NCBI GenBank assembly: GCA_944393235.1
Contig: CALXZJ010000001.1
Location: forward strand, 14,096-78,095
Length of the DNA: 64,000 bases
Origin: an uncultured Alphaproteobacteria bacterium
GTDB taxonomy: Bacteria; Pseudomonadota; Alphaproteobacteria; RF32; CAG-239
Direction: 5' to 3'
Position numbers and translations under genes: made by a program. The notes beneath the pieces are model-generated. The model was given only the letters and a program-made list of their open reading frames with translations, was not told the origin of the DNA and did no database searches. This document shows, piece by piece, positions 1 through 10,840 of the stretch (the stretch's first letter is position 1; each line of letters begins with the position of its first letter).

Positions 1-252
1 CATCGCCGCCAATCCAATTCCGGTATTTCCCGATGTCGCCTCCACAAAAACCGTTTCCGGTGTAATTTTATCGGCGTCTATTTTTTCCAACATCATCAAC
101 GCCACTCTGTCTTTAACCGAAAAAACCGGATTATAAAACTCGCATTTACCCCAAATTTTGGCTTTAAGCTTATGTTTTTCCGCCAACTGATTAAGCTGTA
201 CCAGCGGCGTGTGACCGACAAGTTCCGTAATGGATTGATATATCTTAGCCAT
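1..252 (-). CDS. cysK: cysteine synthase (O-acetylserine sulfhydrylase), N-terminal part; gene continues beyond window start
   Basis: Reverse translation from ATG at 250-252 gives MAKIYQSITELVGHTPLVQLNQL...SVKDRVALMMLE...EATSGNTGIGLAAM. These are the PLP-binding lysine motif and Gly-rich loop of CysK/CysM. The ORF runs off the window edge. Confidence 0.7.
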   Translation of the reverse strand, partial: MAKIYQSITELVGHTPLVQLNQLAEKHKLKAKIWGKCEFYNPVFSVKDRVALMMLEKIDADKITPETVFVEATSGNTGIGLAAM

Positions 253-277
253 TGCCTTACCTCCGGAATTAAAAACC

Positions 278-943
278 TCACAACACTTCTTTTGCTTCTT
301 TAATCAGTGAATCAACAAACGCCGGCAATCCGACTTGCCGCACACGTTTCATTCTCTCGCAGGAAATAATTTTTTGCACTTTGTAAATCGTATCTTCTAC
401 GTTTTCATTTACAATGACATAATCAAACTCGTTCCAATGCTCAATTTTTTCAACAATCATATTCATACGCTTATCTATCACCTCTTTAGAATCCGTGCCG
501 CGGTTGATAAGCCGTCGATGCACTTCTTTAACCGAAGGCGGCAGCAAATAAATCGTCACCACATCATCCGGTGCTTTTTGCCGCATTTGCCGAACACCAA
601 CCCAATCCATATCAAAAATAACATCCTGCCCGACATTAATAAAGCTGTCCACTTCCGAACGCAGCGTGCCATAACGTGAACCGTATTGCGAATCAACGTA
701 TTCATAAAAAGCGTCTTGTGCCAAATATTCATTATATTGTTCATCAGTGATATAATAATAATCAACCCCCTCTTGCTCGCCCTCGCGCTTGGCGCGAGTT
801 GTGACCGATACCGAAAACTTCAAATTGGAATCTCTTTTCAACAATTCTTTAATCACCGTGCTTTTGCCGGTTCCCGACGGTGCTTCAACAATAAACATGG
901 CGCCTTTACGGGTTTTTCTCAAAACATCAATAACATCAGCCAT
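278..943 (-). CDS. gmk: guanylate kinase
   Basis: Carries GTGKST P-loop and the TTRxxRxGE guanylate kinase signature. GGAG RBS sits about 10 nt upstream of ATG at 943. Confidence 0.9.
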   Translation of the reverse strand: MADVIDVLRKTRKGAMFIVEAPSGTGKSTVIKELLKRDSNLKFSVSVTTRAKREGEQEGVDYYYITDEQYNEYLAQDAFYEYVDSQYGSRYGTLRSEVDSFINVGQDVIFDMDWVGVRQMRQKAPDDVVTIYLLPPSVKEVHRRLINRGTDSKEVIDKRMNMIVEKIEHWNEFDYVIVNENVEDTIYKVQKIISCERMKRVRQVGLPAFVDSLIKEAKEVL

Positions 944-948
944 AATTT

Positions 949-1851
949 TTACTCCACATTTTGTACTTGTTCGCGAAATTGTTCAATAAAAGCTTTTAGA
1001 GCCATACCGCGATTTGTTTGTTCAATATCCATAGACTTGGAGCATAACGTATTTGCCTCGCGGTTGAGTTCTTGGCACAAAAAATCCAAACGCCGACCAA
1101 CCGGATTATTCTCTTCCAAAAGTTCTTCCGCGGTTTTAAGGTGCGCTTCCAAACGATCCAACTCTTCTTTAACATCAGCGCGCATAATCAAAAGCAAAGC
1201 TTCCTGATTGAGCCTGTCTTCGGAAACCGCGGCATCATCAGCCAGTTCTTTAATCTGTCGCCAAATTTTTTCTTTGATTTTTTCCGGTGCTTTTTCGCTA
1301 ATCTGCCGAACTTCTAAAACATTCTTCCGAATTTGCGCCAAAATCACCTGTAAAGCTTGTCCGATTTTTTCACCTTCACACTGCCGCGATTCTTTCAACG
1401 CCAGAGCTGCCTTTTCAAAACTCTGGCACAAGACCTTTCCCAATGCCGCCGTTTCTTCATCATCGGGCGTATTTTCGGCAGCTTTAATTACACCGTTTAT
1501 TTTCAAAAATTCAACCGGAGATGGTTTTGCAAAAAAATCAGGCTCAGTCTTGCAAACTTCACGGGCTTTGTCAACCAATGCCGCCAAAAGCCCCTCATCA
1601 ACCATCAATGACGGATTGGTATTTTCAACTTCCAACATCAGGTTGATATTGAATGTACCGCGCGAAAAAACACGCATGCATATGTTTTTAACATCGTTTT
1701 CCAGCATATCCAACCACTGCGGCAATCGGATTTTAACATCGGTGTTTTTGGCATTTACGCTTTTGATTTCCCACACCCACATATACCTTTTGTCTTGATA
1801 CGCAAAATCGGCTTTTTGTCGGGCAAAACCGGTCATACTGGATAAATGCAA
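949..1851 (-). CDS. yicC: YicC/YloC family stress-induced protein
   Basis: N-terminus MHLSSMTGFA parallels E. coli YicC MIRSMTAYA. AAGGAG RBS sits 7 nt upstream of the TTG at 1851. Conserved yicC-gmk adjacency. Confidence 0.8.
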   Translation of the reverse strand: MHLSSMTGFARQKADFAYQDKRYMWVWEIKSVNAKNTDVKIRLPQWLDMLENDVKNICMRVFSRGTFNINLMLEVENTNPSLMVDEGLLAALVDKAREVCKTEPDFFAKPSPVEFLKINGVIKAAENTPDDEETAALGKVLCQSFEKAALALKESRQCEGEKIGQALQVILAQIRKNVLEVRQISEKAPEKIKEKIWRQIKELADDAAVSEDRLNQEALLLIMRADVKEELDRLEAHLKTAEELLEENNPVGRRLDFLCQELNREANTLCSKSMDIEQTNRGMALKAFIEQFREQVQNVE

Positions 1852-1923
1852 AACTTTTCTCCTTTTATTTTTGATTTTATGTAGTATAGTTTGTATCGGT
1901 TAATATATTACTAGGAAATTCTC

Positions 1924-2688
1924 ATGAATAAAAACATAAAAAACATTTTAATAACAGGTGCCTCATCCGGCATCGGCGAAGCTTTGGCTCTATATTACGC
2001 CGGACAAGGAGCCGAACATTTGTTTTTATGCGGCCGCAACGCTCAAAGATTAAACAACGTTGCCGGCGAATGTTCGCGTTTGGGTGTCAAGGTGCATACT
2101 GAAATTTTAGATGTCACCGACCGCCAAAAAACCGCTGAATGGATTGAAAAATGCGAAAAAATTTCCCCACTTAACTTGATAATCGCCAACGCCGGCGTTT
2201 CCACCGGCGCAGAAACGCCCGAAAACATATACAACACCTTTAATACCAACATTTTTGGCGTTTTAAACACCATTACCCCCGGCATTGAAATATACCGCCG
2301 CCGCAATTCCGCAGAAAAAGCTGTTTTGGCAATTGTTTCCTCTATCGCCGGCTACCACGGCTTGGCCGGTTGCCCCTCATATAGCGCATCCAAAGCCTGT
2401 GTCAAAGCTTATGGCGAAGCCATGCGGATTCGCCTAGCCAAAGAAAACATCCAACTCAATGTCATCTGCCCGGGATTCGTTCGTTCACGCATCACAGACA
2501 AAAACACCTGCCCAATGCCGTTTTTCATGGAAGCCGAAAACGCCGCCGCCATCATTGCCGCCGGCATAGAAAAAAACATCGGGCTGATAACTTTCCCATG
2601 GCCGATGCGGCTGGCAGCGTGGCTGGGCGCAATTTTGCCCAACTGTATCAGTAATTTTATTTATGGCAAACTCCCCTACAAGGTCTGA
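1924..2688 (+). CDS. SDR family NAD(P)-dependent oxidoreductase
   Basis: TGASSGIG Rossmann motif. YxxxK catalytic pair follows (YSASK). Confidence 0.8.
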   Translation: MNKNIKNILITGASSGIGEALALYYAGQGAEHLFLCGRNAQRLNNVAGECSRLGVKVHTEILDVTDRQKTAEWIEKCEKISPLNLIIANAGVSTGAETPENIYNTFNTNIFGVLNTITPGIEIYRRRNSAEKAVLAIVSSIAGYHGLAGCPSYSASKACVKAYGEAMRIRLAKENIQLNVICPGFVRSRITDKNTCPMPFFMEAENAAAIIAAGIEKNIGLITFPWPMRLAAWLGAILPNCISNFIYGKLPYKV

Positions 2689-2696
2689 TTAAAAAA

Positions 2697-3215
2697 TCAA
2701 CTGCGTTTACGCCGCAAAAGCAAACACAAAGCGCCCGCACCGCCCATTTTTTCTTGCGGATGAATATAAGTCAGAATAAGCTGCTTTAAATTATCCTGAT
2801 TAAGCCATTGCGGCACCCGCTCACGCAACACACCTTTGGGCTGAAAAACATCTTCATCGGCATGATAAAGACCTTTACCGGTAATAATCATCACACAACG
2901 TTTGCCCGAAAGATACGATTCGGTCACAAACCGCCGCACCGCCTCATAAGCTTTGTCTTCCGTATAGCCATGCAAATCCAACACGCCTTCCACCGGAAAC
3001 GCGCCGCGTTTAAAACGCCGCATGGTGTTGCCGTCAATATCCGCGTGCGTGCCTAATTTCAAGTCATGTTTAATCAACTTAAGCGGTACGGCTTCTTCCC
3101 GTTCCCGCAATTGCAGTTTCTTTTGTTTTACCGGCGCGGCAATTTTATTTTCCGGCAACCGTTGAACATCACGAACACTTTCTTGCCAGAATTCTTCATC
3201 TTCATTATCGGTCAC
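2697..3215 (-). CDS. Smr domain protein
   Basis: LDLHGYTEDKAYEAV...IITGKG matches the Smr/MutS2 C-terminal domain. GTG start with GAGGTG RBS. Confidence 0.7.
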   Translation of the reverse strand: MTDNEDEEFWQESVRDVQRLPENKIAAPVKQKKLQLREREEAVPLKLIKHDLKLGTHADIDGNTMRRFKRGAFPVEGVLDLHGYTEDKAYEAVRRFVTESYLSGKRCVMIITGKGLYHADEDVFQPKGVLRERVPQWLNQDNLKQLILTYIHPQEKMGGAGALCLLLRRKRS

Positions 3216-4380
3216 TGATTTTCACCTCGGCATGACGCGGCAACAGAATATAATAACGCCCGACCGCATTCATTTTTCCGGCTGAAAGCAAAGCTTCTTC
3301 GCCGTGTCCCCAAAAATAATCGCCGCGCACCGCGCCTTTAATGGCACCGCCAATATCCTGCGCAGCCATCAATTTTTCAATCGGCTCTTTATCCGGACCG
3401 GTTGTTTCCAACCAAAGCAGGCTGCCGAGCGGAATATAACGATTATCCACCGCCAGACTTCTGCCTGCGGTCAACGGCACGCCCAAAGCGCCGATAGGAC
3501 CTGTCGCGTCTGACAACCTATGAAAAATAAAACGCGGGTTTTCATCCATGCTTTCTTTTGCCTTTTGCGGATTCTCTTTGAGCCAATCGCGGATTTTATC
3601 CATAGATGCCTGCCCCGGCTTTAACAAGCCTTTTTTTAACAAAATGCTGCCGATTCCTACAAATTTATGTCCGTTATTGTCGGCATAACGGATTCGCACC
3701 GCCGTTCCGTCATCCAAAACCGCCACTGCCGAACCCTGAATCTGCATCAAATAAATGTCCACCGCATCATCGCCCCACAACACCACCGGCGCATCAACAC
3801 CGTTGCGGCTGATTTCCGCACGGGTATAATACGGCACGACTTGATTGTTTTTCACCCGTCCCAACAAACGTTGACGCGGCAAACTTTCATCAAAATCACG
3901 CAAATTTATCTCAAGTAAATCGTTAGGCTTACCATAAATGGGATGTTGATATTTGCCGTGTTTATGCTTGGAAGCTCTGATCTCCGCTTCATAATAAGAC
4001 GTAAATTTCCCCTGCGGATTAAGATTTTCCATCACCAGATAAGGACGGAAATTTTCAATCAAAAAACGCCGCATGGCACGATTGCTTTTAACATCTTCCG
4101 TCACAAAACGCCGACAAATTTTAAGATAAGCTTCCGGTGCAATTTTTATTTGCGCCGTATTTAAAAGTTCCGGCTTTTTCTGCACAGCCTCACAACTCAA
4201 GCGCCACGCCGGAATAATTTGCATCAAATCATCATCGGCAAAATGACGCAAATCAGACCAACTTGCCGGTTGCAATTCCACCCCGCGTTCGGTCCCGACA
4301 ATAATTTGCGGTGAAGTTTTTTCTTTCACGCTGCAGGCAAACAACCCCAAAACCAACAATATAAGTCCGATTCGTTTCAT
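3205..4380 (-). CDS. mltA: membrane-bound lytic murein transglycosylase A (lipoprotein)
   Basis: Lipobox LGLFAC. MltA/3D-domain-like sequence. Start trimmed to MKRIGLI at 4380; the ORF-track start at 4428 would overlap the Tim44-like gene. Confidence 0.75.
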   Translation of the reverse strand: MKRIGLILLVLGLFACSVKEKTSPQIIVGTERGVELQPASWSDLRHFADDDLMQIIPAWRLSCEAVQKKPELLNTAQIKIAPEAYLKICRRFVTEDVKSNRAMRRFLIENFRPYLVMENLNPQGKFTSYYEAEIRASKHKHGKYQHPIYGKPNDLLEINLRDFDESLPRQRLLGRVKNNQVVPYYTRAEISRNGVDAPVVLWGDDAVDIYLMQIQGSAVAVLDDGTAVRIRYADNNGHKFVGIGSILLKKGLLKPGQASMDKIRDWLKENPQKAKESMDENPRFIFHRLSDATGPIGALGVPLTAGRSLAVDNRYIPLGSLLWLETTGPDKEPIEKLMAAQDIGGAIKGAVRGDYFWGHGEEALLSAGKMNAVGRYYILLPRHAEVKISDR

Positions 4381-4394
4381 AAAGCCCTTTCTTT

Positions 4395-5069
4395 TTAAGG
4401 ATGTTTTTTGGTTGAAACCAAAAGCCATGCCGGAGATTTTGCATTAAGGTCACGTTCAAAAGTCCACACATCCGTAATTTTCTGCACGAAATTTTCATCG
4501 CCTTCAATCACTTCTCCGGCAGCATTTTTCAACAAATTAATCTGTTCGCTGATAAACTTGACCACAATTTGAGCGATTCCTTTAGAAGAAATTTTTGCAT
4601 CTTCAATATTCATTTCATCAACTTTGATTAAATCCGTTTCGGCAACAATTCCCTCTTCGGTGCGCTGTTTGATAATTTCCTGAAATTTAGCAAACAACTT
4701 TTTACCGGTCAGCATTTTTAACGTTTCTTCATCACGGTTGGCAAAAGCACTCAAAATCATCTCAAAAGCCTTGCTGCAGCGGCGGCAGAAATCCGCCCTG
4801 TCAAAATGCGGAATAGAACACAAAACTTTATCCACACCTTCTGCTTCTTCAACATTTTGCGCTGTTTTTGTTACCGGCGCCAAATTCATTTTTTCTTCAA
4901 TTTCATGGCGCATTTTTTCATAAGCTTTTTCAAAATCCTCGCGTGAAACAATTCTCACCTCAGGCTTTCCCTCATCCGGTCTGGTTCCCAAAACACTCCG
5001 CAAACGGGCAAAAATCAAAACCGCAACAATAAGCAAAAAAATTATATCCAAATAAGCTGACATTTTCAT
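4395..5069 (-). CDS. Tim44-like domain protein
   Basis: N-terminal TM helix plus Tim44-like C-terminal region. Position between secB and mltA is conserved in alphaproteobacteria. Start could be 5069 or 5063. Confidence 0.7.
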   Translation of the reverse strand: MKMSAYLDIIFLLIVAVLIFARLRSVLGTRPDEGKPEVRIVSREDFEKAYEKMRHEIEEKMNLAPVTKTAQNVEEAEGVDKVLCSIPHFDRADFCRRCSKAFEMILSAFANRDEETLKMLTGKKLFAKFQEIIKQRTEEGIVAETDLIKVDEMNIEDAKISSKGIAQIVVKFISEQINLLKNAAGEVIEGDENFVQKITDVWTFERDLNAKSPAWLLVSTKKHP

Positions 5070-5131
5070 ACCTCTTTATTTAACCTAACTATATATATAA
5101 AAACTTTTCTTAACATTATCAACTATTATAT

Positions 5132-5160
5132 TTGACGGATTAGAATATTTGCGCTATGTA
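5132..5160 (+). promoter_or_regulatory. candidate sigma70 promoter for secB (TTGACG -35, 17-nt spacer, TATGTA -10)
   Basis: Hexamers read directly from the sequence about 45 nt upstream of the secB start. Confidence 0.35.
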
Positions 5161-5202
5161 ATACGGTAGAATTTTGTTTTGATTAAAAATAAGGAAAAAA
5201 AG

Positions 5203-5676
5203 ATGAGTGAAAACAATCAACAACCTGCTATTATGATTAATAGTCAATATATAAAAGATTTATCGCTTGAAATTCCGCACGCACCATCAATTTTTGCCAA
5301 GATGAACAAGCAGCCGACTTTAAAAGTTGATATCAATGTACAATCACAAAAACTGGAGAACTCAAGTTACAATGTAACATTAAATCTGGCTCTAAACGGC
5401 GACATTGAAAATGAAAAATTATTTATTCTGGAGCTTTCCTATGCCGCCGTTGTCACCTTAAACCTCCCTGAGGAGCACATTGAACCGGTTTTAGGCATTG
5501 AAATTCCGCGGCTGTTGTTCCCCTTTGCCCGCAACGTCATCACACAATGTTTAACCGAAGGCGGACTACCGCCCTTTATGTTAAATCCAATTGATTTTGC
5601 CGCCGTTTACAACGCACGTAAAGCAGCCGAAAACAACACGGCAAACAATACGACAAACGCTGCCAATAATGTTTAA
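5203..5676 (+). CDS. secB: protein-export chaperone SecB
   Basis: SecB family sequence. AAGGA RBS sits 7 nt upstream of ATG 5203; the ORF-track start at 5179 is a TTG extension. Confidence 0.85.
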   Translation: MSENNQQPAIMINSQYIKDLSLEIPHAPSIFAKMNKQPTLKVDINVQSQKLENSSYNVTLNLALNGDIENEKLFILELSYAAVVTLNLPEEHIEPVLGIEIPRLLFPFARNVITQCLTEGGLPPFMLNPIDFAAVYNARKAAENNTANNTTNAANNV

Positions 5677-5727
5677 ATCTGCGCGGCTGTGCACCAAATG
5701 GACAGCCGCAATTTATTGAGTTTATAT

Positions 5728-6201
5728 ATGCGTTTGGCTCTTTTTCAACCCGATATTCCCCAAAACACCGGCACGTTATTACGTCTTGGCGCATGTCTAA
5801 ATTTTCCGTTAGACATTATTGAACCCTGCGGTTTTATCTTCAATGAAAAAGCCATGCGCCGCGCCGGTATGGATTATCTTGAGCTGGCGCAATACCGCCG
5901 TCACAACTCATGGACGGATTTTTTGGAATACCGTCAAACGCACCCGCAAGAATACGGACGGATTGTTCTGTTAACCACCCACGCCTCAAAACCTTATACA
6001 GAGTTTTCGTTTTGCCCCAATGATATTATTTTAATGGGACGCGAAAGCGCCGGCGTCCCGCAGGAGGTTCATGAACTTGCTAACGCACGCCTTTTAATCC
6101 CGATGGCACCACAAGCACGGTCGGTCAACATGGCGGTTTCAGCAGCCATGGTCGTCGGCGAAGCCTTGCGTCAAACAGGTTTGTTTCCGCCGCAAGTCTG
6201 A
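5728..6201 (+). CDS. trmL: tRNA (cytidine/uridine-2'-O)-methyltransferase TrmL (SPOUT)
   Basis: MRLALFQPDIPQNTGTLLR parallels E. coli TrmL MLNIVLYEPEIPPNTGNIIR. Alternative starts exist at 5689 and 5698. Confidence 0.8.
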   Translation: MRLALFQPDIPQNTGTLLRLGACLNFPLDIIEPCGFIFNEKAMRRAGMDYLELAQYRRHNSWTDFLEYRQTHPQEYGRIVLLTTHASKPYTEFSFCPNDIILMGRESAGVPQEVHELANARLLIPMAPQARSVNMAVSAAMVVGEALRQTGLFPPQV

Positions 6202-6307
6202 TTGTTTTAAAAAAATCATTTTTTTTCATTTTAGGGGTAGATTTATGTCCAAAAATATGGTATATTCCAAACTGTTCTAAACAAAACACCAAACAAAAGG
6301 AGAGCTT

Positions 6308-6814
6308 ATGAGCACCAAAAAAACGCCGTCTCTGGCTTTTAATGCCGGAGAATATGTTGTTTACCCGACCCACGGCGTCGGCAAAGTTTCCGACATCTCC
6401 AAACAGACCATTGCCGGAAGCGAGCTGGAGCTGTTGGTGGTTAATTTTGACAAAGATAAAATGACTTTGCGGATCCCTGTTTCCAAAGTTGAACATGTCG
6501 GCTTGCGCAAAATTTCGGAAGCATCAACCATCAATGACGCTTTAACGACATTAAAAGGAAAACCTAAAGTCAAAAAAATTATGTGGTCGCGCCGCGCGCA
6601 GGAATATGAAAATAAAATCAATTCCGGCAATCCGGTTGCCATTGCCGAGGTCGTGCGTGATTTATACCGCCACGAGAATCTGGCCGAGCAATCATACAGC
6701 GAACGCCAAATTTATGAGCAAGCGCTTGACCGTTTAGCAAGTGAAGTTGCCGTTTTTGACAACACTTCGCTTGATATCGCCAACAAAAAGATTTTAGATA
6801 TCTTGGCAAAATAA
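6308..6814 (+). CDS. carD: CarD family transcriptional regulator
   Basis: YVVYPTHGVGKV N-terminal RNAP-interacting domain. AAGGAG RBS. Confidence 0.85.
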   Translation: MSTKKTPSLAFNAGEYVVYPTHGVGKVSDISKQTIAGSELELLVVNFDKDKMTLRIPVSKVEHVGLRKISEASTINDALTTLKGKPKVKKIMWSRRAQEYENKINSGNPVAIAEVVRDLYRHENLAEQSYSERQIYEQALDRLASEVAVFDNTSLDIANKKILDILAK

Positions 6815-6828
6815 TTTCAGTCATCAAA

Positions 6829-6863
6829 TAAAAAAACGACGTTAGCAAAACGTCGTTTTTTTA
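6829..6863. terminator. bidirectional rho-independent terminator between carD and rnd
   Basis: A-run, AACGACGTT/AACGTCGTT hairpin, then T-run. Confidence 0.6.
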
Positions 6864-8039
6864 TTTTTCTTTTTTGCCGCAATCAATAACAACTTCCTTA
6901 TCAATGGTGTCATACCTGATAGCTGCCAACCCTTTGCGAAAAGCCAAGGCATATTGTCCGAAAATTTCATAACGCCAACCATTTAACGCCGGATTTGTTT
7001 TATCATTCGTGCCACAGGCGATGTCGCGTAAATTTTTTTCCGAAGCCACAACACTTGAAACCACATCGTTTTGTTCGCTTTTGATTTTTAACAGCAGGCG
7101 CAGCACTTCCACCAAAGCGCCGACAGAACTTGGAACATTGACTTGGCGTTCACGGTCAATCTTTCTCAATTCGCTGCCAAAAGGCATTTGCCGCGCCTTG
7201 TCCAAAACTTCTAAGATTTCTTTCCCCAACTTGCCCTTGACGACATCTTGATGAATATTGCGCACTTTTTCCATATCCTCAGGCGTCTTCGGCGCCACCG
7301 CGGCAATATTGACAAGCATTTCGTCTTTTAAGATTGACTGCCGCGGCATATTACATTTCATGGCGCGCCGTTCTCGCCAGGCTGCCAACTCTTTAAGCAT
7401 TGCCAAAAACTGCGGACTATGCGCCGAATGGCGTATTTTAAGCCACACGCTATCCGGATCCGGCTTGTAAAGATTTTCATCGCACAAAGCGGCGGTTTCT
7501 TCATCAATCCAATGTTCGCGCCCGTGTTCCCGCAAATAAGCAGCAAGATATTGATAACACGGAATCAAAAACGTCACATCACGCAAAGCATATTCCAGCT
7601 GTTTGGTTGCAAGCGGTCGTTTGCTCCAATCAGTCAAGCGGCTGGATTTATCCAAATCAACTTTGGTAATCGCACGCACTAAATTGTCATAACTGATGGA
7701 AGGACCAAACCCGCAAACCATAGCAGCAATTTGCGTATCAAAAATCGGCGTCGGAATTTTGCCGCTCATATTATAAAAAATTTCAATATCCTGCCGACCG
7801 GAGTGAAAAACTTTCAAAATTTTTTCATCCGCCAAAACATCAAAAAACGCCGCAAAATCCATATTCGGCGCCAACGGGTCGACAATTGCGGCATCATCAA
7901 CCCAACCGATTTGCAGCAAACACAATTTCGGATAATATGTTTTCTCGCGCACAAATTCTGAATCCACAGTGATAAACGATTGTTGCCGCAGCTCCGAACA
8001 AAGTGCATTCAAGGTTTCTGTATTTTCAATTATTCTCAT
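6861..8039 (-). CDS. rnd: ribonuclease D
   Basis: DEDDy 3'-5' exonuclease domain (ITVDSEF...) plus HRDC-like C-terminus. Confidence 0.85.
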   Translation of the reverse strand: MRIIENTETLNALCSELRQQSFITVDSEFVREKTYYPKLCLLQIGWVDDAAIVDPLAPNMDFAAFFDVLADEKILKVFHSGRQDIEIFYNMSGKIPTPIFDTQIAAMVCGFGPSISYDNLVRAITKVDLDKSSRLTDWSKRPLATKQLEYALRDVTFLIPCYQYLAAYLREHGREHWIDEETAALCDENLYKPDPDSVWLKIRHSAHSPQFLAMLKELAAWRERRAMKCNMPRQSILKDEMLVNIAAVAPKTPEDMEKVRNIHQDVVKGKLGKEILEVLDKARQMPFGSELRKIDRERQVNVPSSVGALVEVLRLLLKIKSEQNDVVSSVVASEKNLRDIACGTNDKTNPALNGWRYEIFGQYALAFRKGLAAIRYDTIDKEVVIDCGKKEK

Positions 8040-8166
8040 CTGTATCTCTCATTGGTTGATTTAAAATACGCCTGATTGCTTAATATTTTTTTAATTTTAT
8101 TGTTGCTTTTCTCGCAAAACGGCTCTAAAAACAAAAAAGCTGTTTTAATAAAAAATTGAGGAAAAA

Positions 8167-9933
8167 ATGAACGAATATCGGACTCACACCTGCGGCGAAC
8201 TGCGCCGCGAAGACGCCGGCAAACAAGTCAAGCTGGCCGGCTGGATTCATCGCAAACGCAATTTGGGAAATTTGTGTTTCGTTGATTTGCGCGACCATTA
8301 CGGCATAACCCAATGCGTGGTGGATTCCTCGTCCGATTTGTTTGAAAAAATTGAAAACACCCGTGTAGAAAGCGTGGTCGGTTTTGTTGGCGAAGTCGCC
8401 GTGCGTGAAAGCATCAACAAAAACATGCCGACCGGCGAAATCGAACTCAAAGCAAAATCCATGGTGGTGTATTCCGCCGCTGATGTTTTGCCGATTCAGG
8501 TTTTTGGCGAAGATGACGCCCCTGAGGAATTGCGCTTAAAATACCGTTTTTTGGATTTGCGCAAAGAACGCATTCATAACAACATTATCCTGCGTTCAAA
8601 AGTGATTGCCGAAATGCGCCGTTTGATGACCGAACAAGGTTTTACCGAATATCAAACGCCGATTTTGACAGCCTCGTCGCCGGAAGGCGCGCGCGACTTT
8701 TTGGTGCCGTCACGCATCAACCCCGGCAAATTTTACGCTTTGCCGCAAGCCCCGCAACAATTCAAGCAATTATTGATGGTCTCCGGTTTTGACAAGTATT
8801 TTCAGATTGCCCCGTGTTTCCGTGATGAAGACCCGAGAGCCGACCGCAGCCCGGGAGAATTTTATCAACTGGATATGGAAATGTCTTTTGCCACGCAAGA
8901 AGATGTTTTTAAGGTTTTGGAACACACCATGGGCGGCATTTTCAACAAATTTGCCAACGGCAAAAAAGTCGATCAAGCGCCGTTTATCCGGATTCCGTTT
9001 AAGGAAGCAATGTTAAAATACGGCTCCGATAAACCGGATTTGCGCAATCCGCTGGTCATTGCCGACGCAACCGCGTTTTTTAACAATTCCGGCTTTGGGC
9101 TATATGACACAAAAGCAGCAAACGGCGAACAAATCCGCGCCATAGCCGCACCGAATGCCGGCGACAAGCCGCGTTCGTTCTTTGATAAGTTTGACGCTTT
9201 TGCCAAAGAAGAAGGAATGGGAGGCATAGCTTATGTCGCCTTTTCTTCCGCCGGCGCCAAAGGTATCGCCAAGTTTTTATCCGAAGAAAAATTAAACGAA
9301 CTGAAGCAAACATTTGGTATCAATGACGGGGATGCGGTATTGTTTATGGGCGGCGCCCCGAAGCTTATCAATAAATTTGCCGGCAAAGTCCGCAACAAAC
9401 TCGGCGAAGAACTGGGCCTGTTTGATTATAATGCGTTCAAACTCTGCTGGATTGTTGATTTCCCGATGTATGAAGAAAACGAAGAAACCGGCGAAGTCGA
9501 ATTTTCGCATAATCCGTTTTCCATGCCGCAGGGCGGTTTAGACGCTTTATTGAATAAAAATCCGCTGGAAATTTTGGCTTATCAGTATGACATGGTCTGC
9601 AACGGGGTAGAACTTGCCTCGGGCGCGGTCAGAAACCATCAACCGGAAATCATGTACAAAGCGTTTGAAATTGCCGGTTACGACCACAGCGTGGTAGATA
9701 ACAAGTTCGGCGGCATGATTAATGCTTTCAAATATGGTGCGCCGCCGCACGCCGGCTGCGCGCCGGGCATTGACCGCACGGTCATGCTTTTGCTTGACGA
9801 GCCGATTATCCGCGATGTGATTATTTTTCCGCTCAACGGCAAGGCGCAGGATTTGATGATGCAGGCGCCGAACACCGTCACCGAAAAACAGCTGAAAGAA
9901 TTACACATCAAGCTGGATTTGGAAGATAAATAA
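8167..9933 (+). CDS. aspS: aspartate--tRNA ligase
   Basis: 588 aa. Class II aaRS motifs ([10 protein letters not shown]..., [15 protein letters not shown]). Confidence 0.95.
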   Translation: MNEYRTHTCGELRREDAGKQVKLAGWIHRKRNLGNLCFVDLRDHYGITQCVVDSSSDLFEKIENTRVESVVGFVGEVAVRESINKNMPTGEIELKAKSMVVYSAADVLPIQVFGEDDAPEELRLKYRFLDLRKERIHNNIILRSKVIAEMRRLMTEQGFTEYQTPILTASSPEGARDFLVPSRINPGKFYALPQAPQQFKQLLMVSGFDKYFQIAPCFRDEDPRADRSPGEFYQLDMEMSFATQEDVFKVLEHTMGGIFNKFANGKKVDQAPFIRIPFKEAMLKYGSDKPDLRNPLVIADATAFFNNSGFGLYDTKAANGEQIRAIAAPNAGDKPRSFFDKFDAFAKEEGMGGIAYVAFSSAGAKGIAKFLSEEKLNELKQTFGINDGDAVLFMGGAPKLINKFAGKVRNKLGEELGLFDYNAFKLCWIVDFPMYEENEETGEVEFSHNPFSMPQGGLDALLNKNPLEILAYQYDMVCNGVELASGAVRNHQPEIMYKAFEIAGYDHSVVDNKFGGMINAFKYGAPPHAGCAPGIDRTVMLLLDEPIIRDVIIFPLNGKAQDLMMQAPNTVTEKQLKELHIKLDLEDK

Positions 9934-9957
9934 AATAAACGTTTAGCAACAACCATA

Positions 9958-9988
9958 AGCACCTGGAAATCTCAGGTGCTTTTTTTTG
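9958..9988 (+). terminator. rho-independent terminator after aspS
   Basis: AGCACCTG/AGGTGCT hairpin followed by T8. Confidence 0.6.
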
Positions 9989-10062
9989 TATAAAAGTTCT
10001 TGCTTTTTGTACAAAAATACATATTATATAAAACATACAAACCAATTATTAAATTACGCATT

Positions 10063-10659
10063 ATGGACATTATGAATTTAAATGATGAAATAATCTTTCT
10101 ACAACGTAGAGGTTATGACGAAGAAAAAGTTCGTGAAATTTTGTTAAAAAAGTTACAGTTAGAACAACAAGAAGTAAACCTTCCGCAACCGGAAGCCTTG
10201 ACCTTGGCAAGACGGATACGTCCGATTATAAGTGTCAGAAATGAAGCGGCCATAGCCTCAGACGAACCTGAAAATGAATATAGTTTACCAATAAACGGCA
10301 AACCTTATGGTAAAAAATATTGGATTGATGGTTTAAAAATTCGCACCCAAAGCTATGTGCTCGGGAATCATCTGTCAAAGAAACAGTTGCTTTGTCCCGC
10401 ACACAAATTAACGCCGATAACAGAAATCGAAACTTACCATCGGTGCGGCTATTGGGCATTTCTTAAACCTTCGGTTTATGAGGTTTTATACCAAATCCCG
10501 GAAGTGTTGCGAGATAAAGTCTGTGCTTTTGAACTTTATGCCGATTCTGAAAACGGCTTAAGTTTATACGACATGGATCTAGGGCGGCATCGTCTGCATT
10601 GCATTCTCTACCAAGGAGAAATACCGTTTATTGTTTCCTGCCGTAAAATAGAATGGTAA
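10063..10659 (+). CDS. hypothetical protein
   Basis: 199-aa ORF with no recognisable motif. No RBS; start uncertain (10000 TTG or 10063 ATG). A terminator follows. Confidence 0.4.
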   Translation: MDIMNLNDEIIFLQRRGYDEEKVREILLKKLQLEQQEVNLPQPEALTLARRIRPIISVRNEAAIASDEPENEYSLPINGKPYGKKYWIDGLKIRTQSYVLGNHLSKKQLLCPAHKLTPITEIETYHRCGYWAFLKPSVYEVLYQIPEVLRDKVCAFELYADSENGLSLYDMDLGRHRLHCILYQGEIPFIVSCRKIEW

Positions 10660-10667
10660 TCTAATCA

Positions 10668-10690
10668 AACGCCCGCTTGGGCGTTTTTTT
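10668..10690 (+). terminator. rho-independent terminator
   Basis: ACGCCC/GGGCGT hairpin followed by T7. Confidence 0.55.
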
Positions 10691-10840
10691 GTATATAAAA
10701 CTAACCTTATACACCTGTTTCTAGCCAAATGTTTAGATTAAATTTTCAAAATCCGAACTTATTTTTAAGAGCGCAAACACAAATTGCGAACAACTGAAAA
10801 AGCATTAAAATTTTTATTAACAAAATATCAGGAGGAGATT

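Noticed and set aside
335-1798. Plus-strand ORFs 335..679, 686..1207, 1072..1317 and 1208..1798 in the ORF track
   Set aside because: They lie antisense to well-supported gmk and yicC and have no RBS or motif. These are shadow ORFs of an AT-rich coding strand.
4380-4428. Longer mltA start at 4428 (MAFGFNQKTSLKRKGF extension)
   Set aside because: It would overlap the upstream Tim44-like gene by 34 nt and place 16 residues ahead of a textbook lipoprotein signal peptide. ATG 4380 with an AAGGG RBS is preferred, though not certain.
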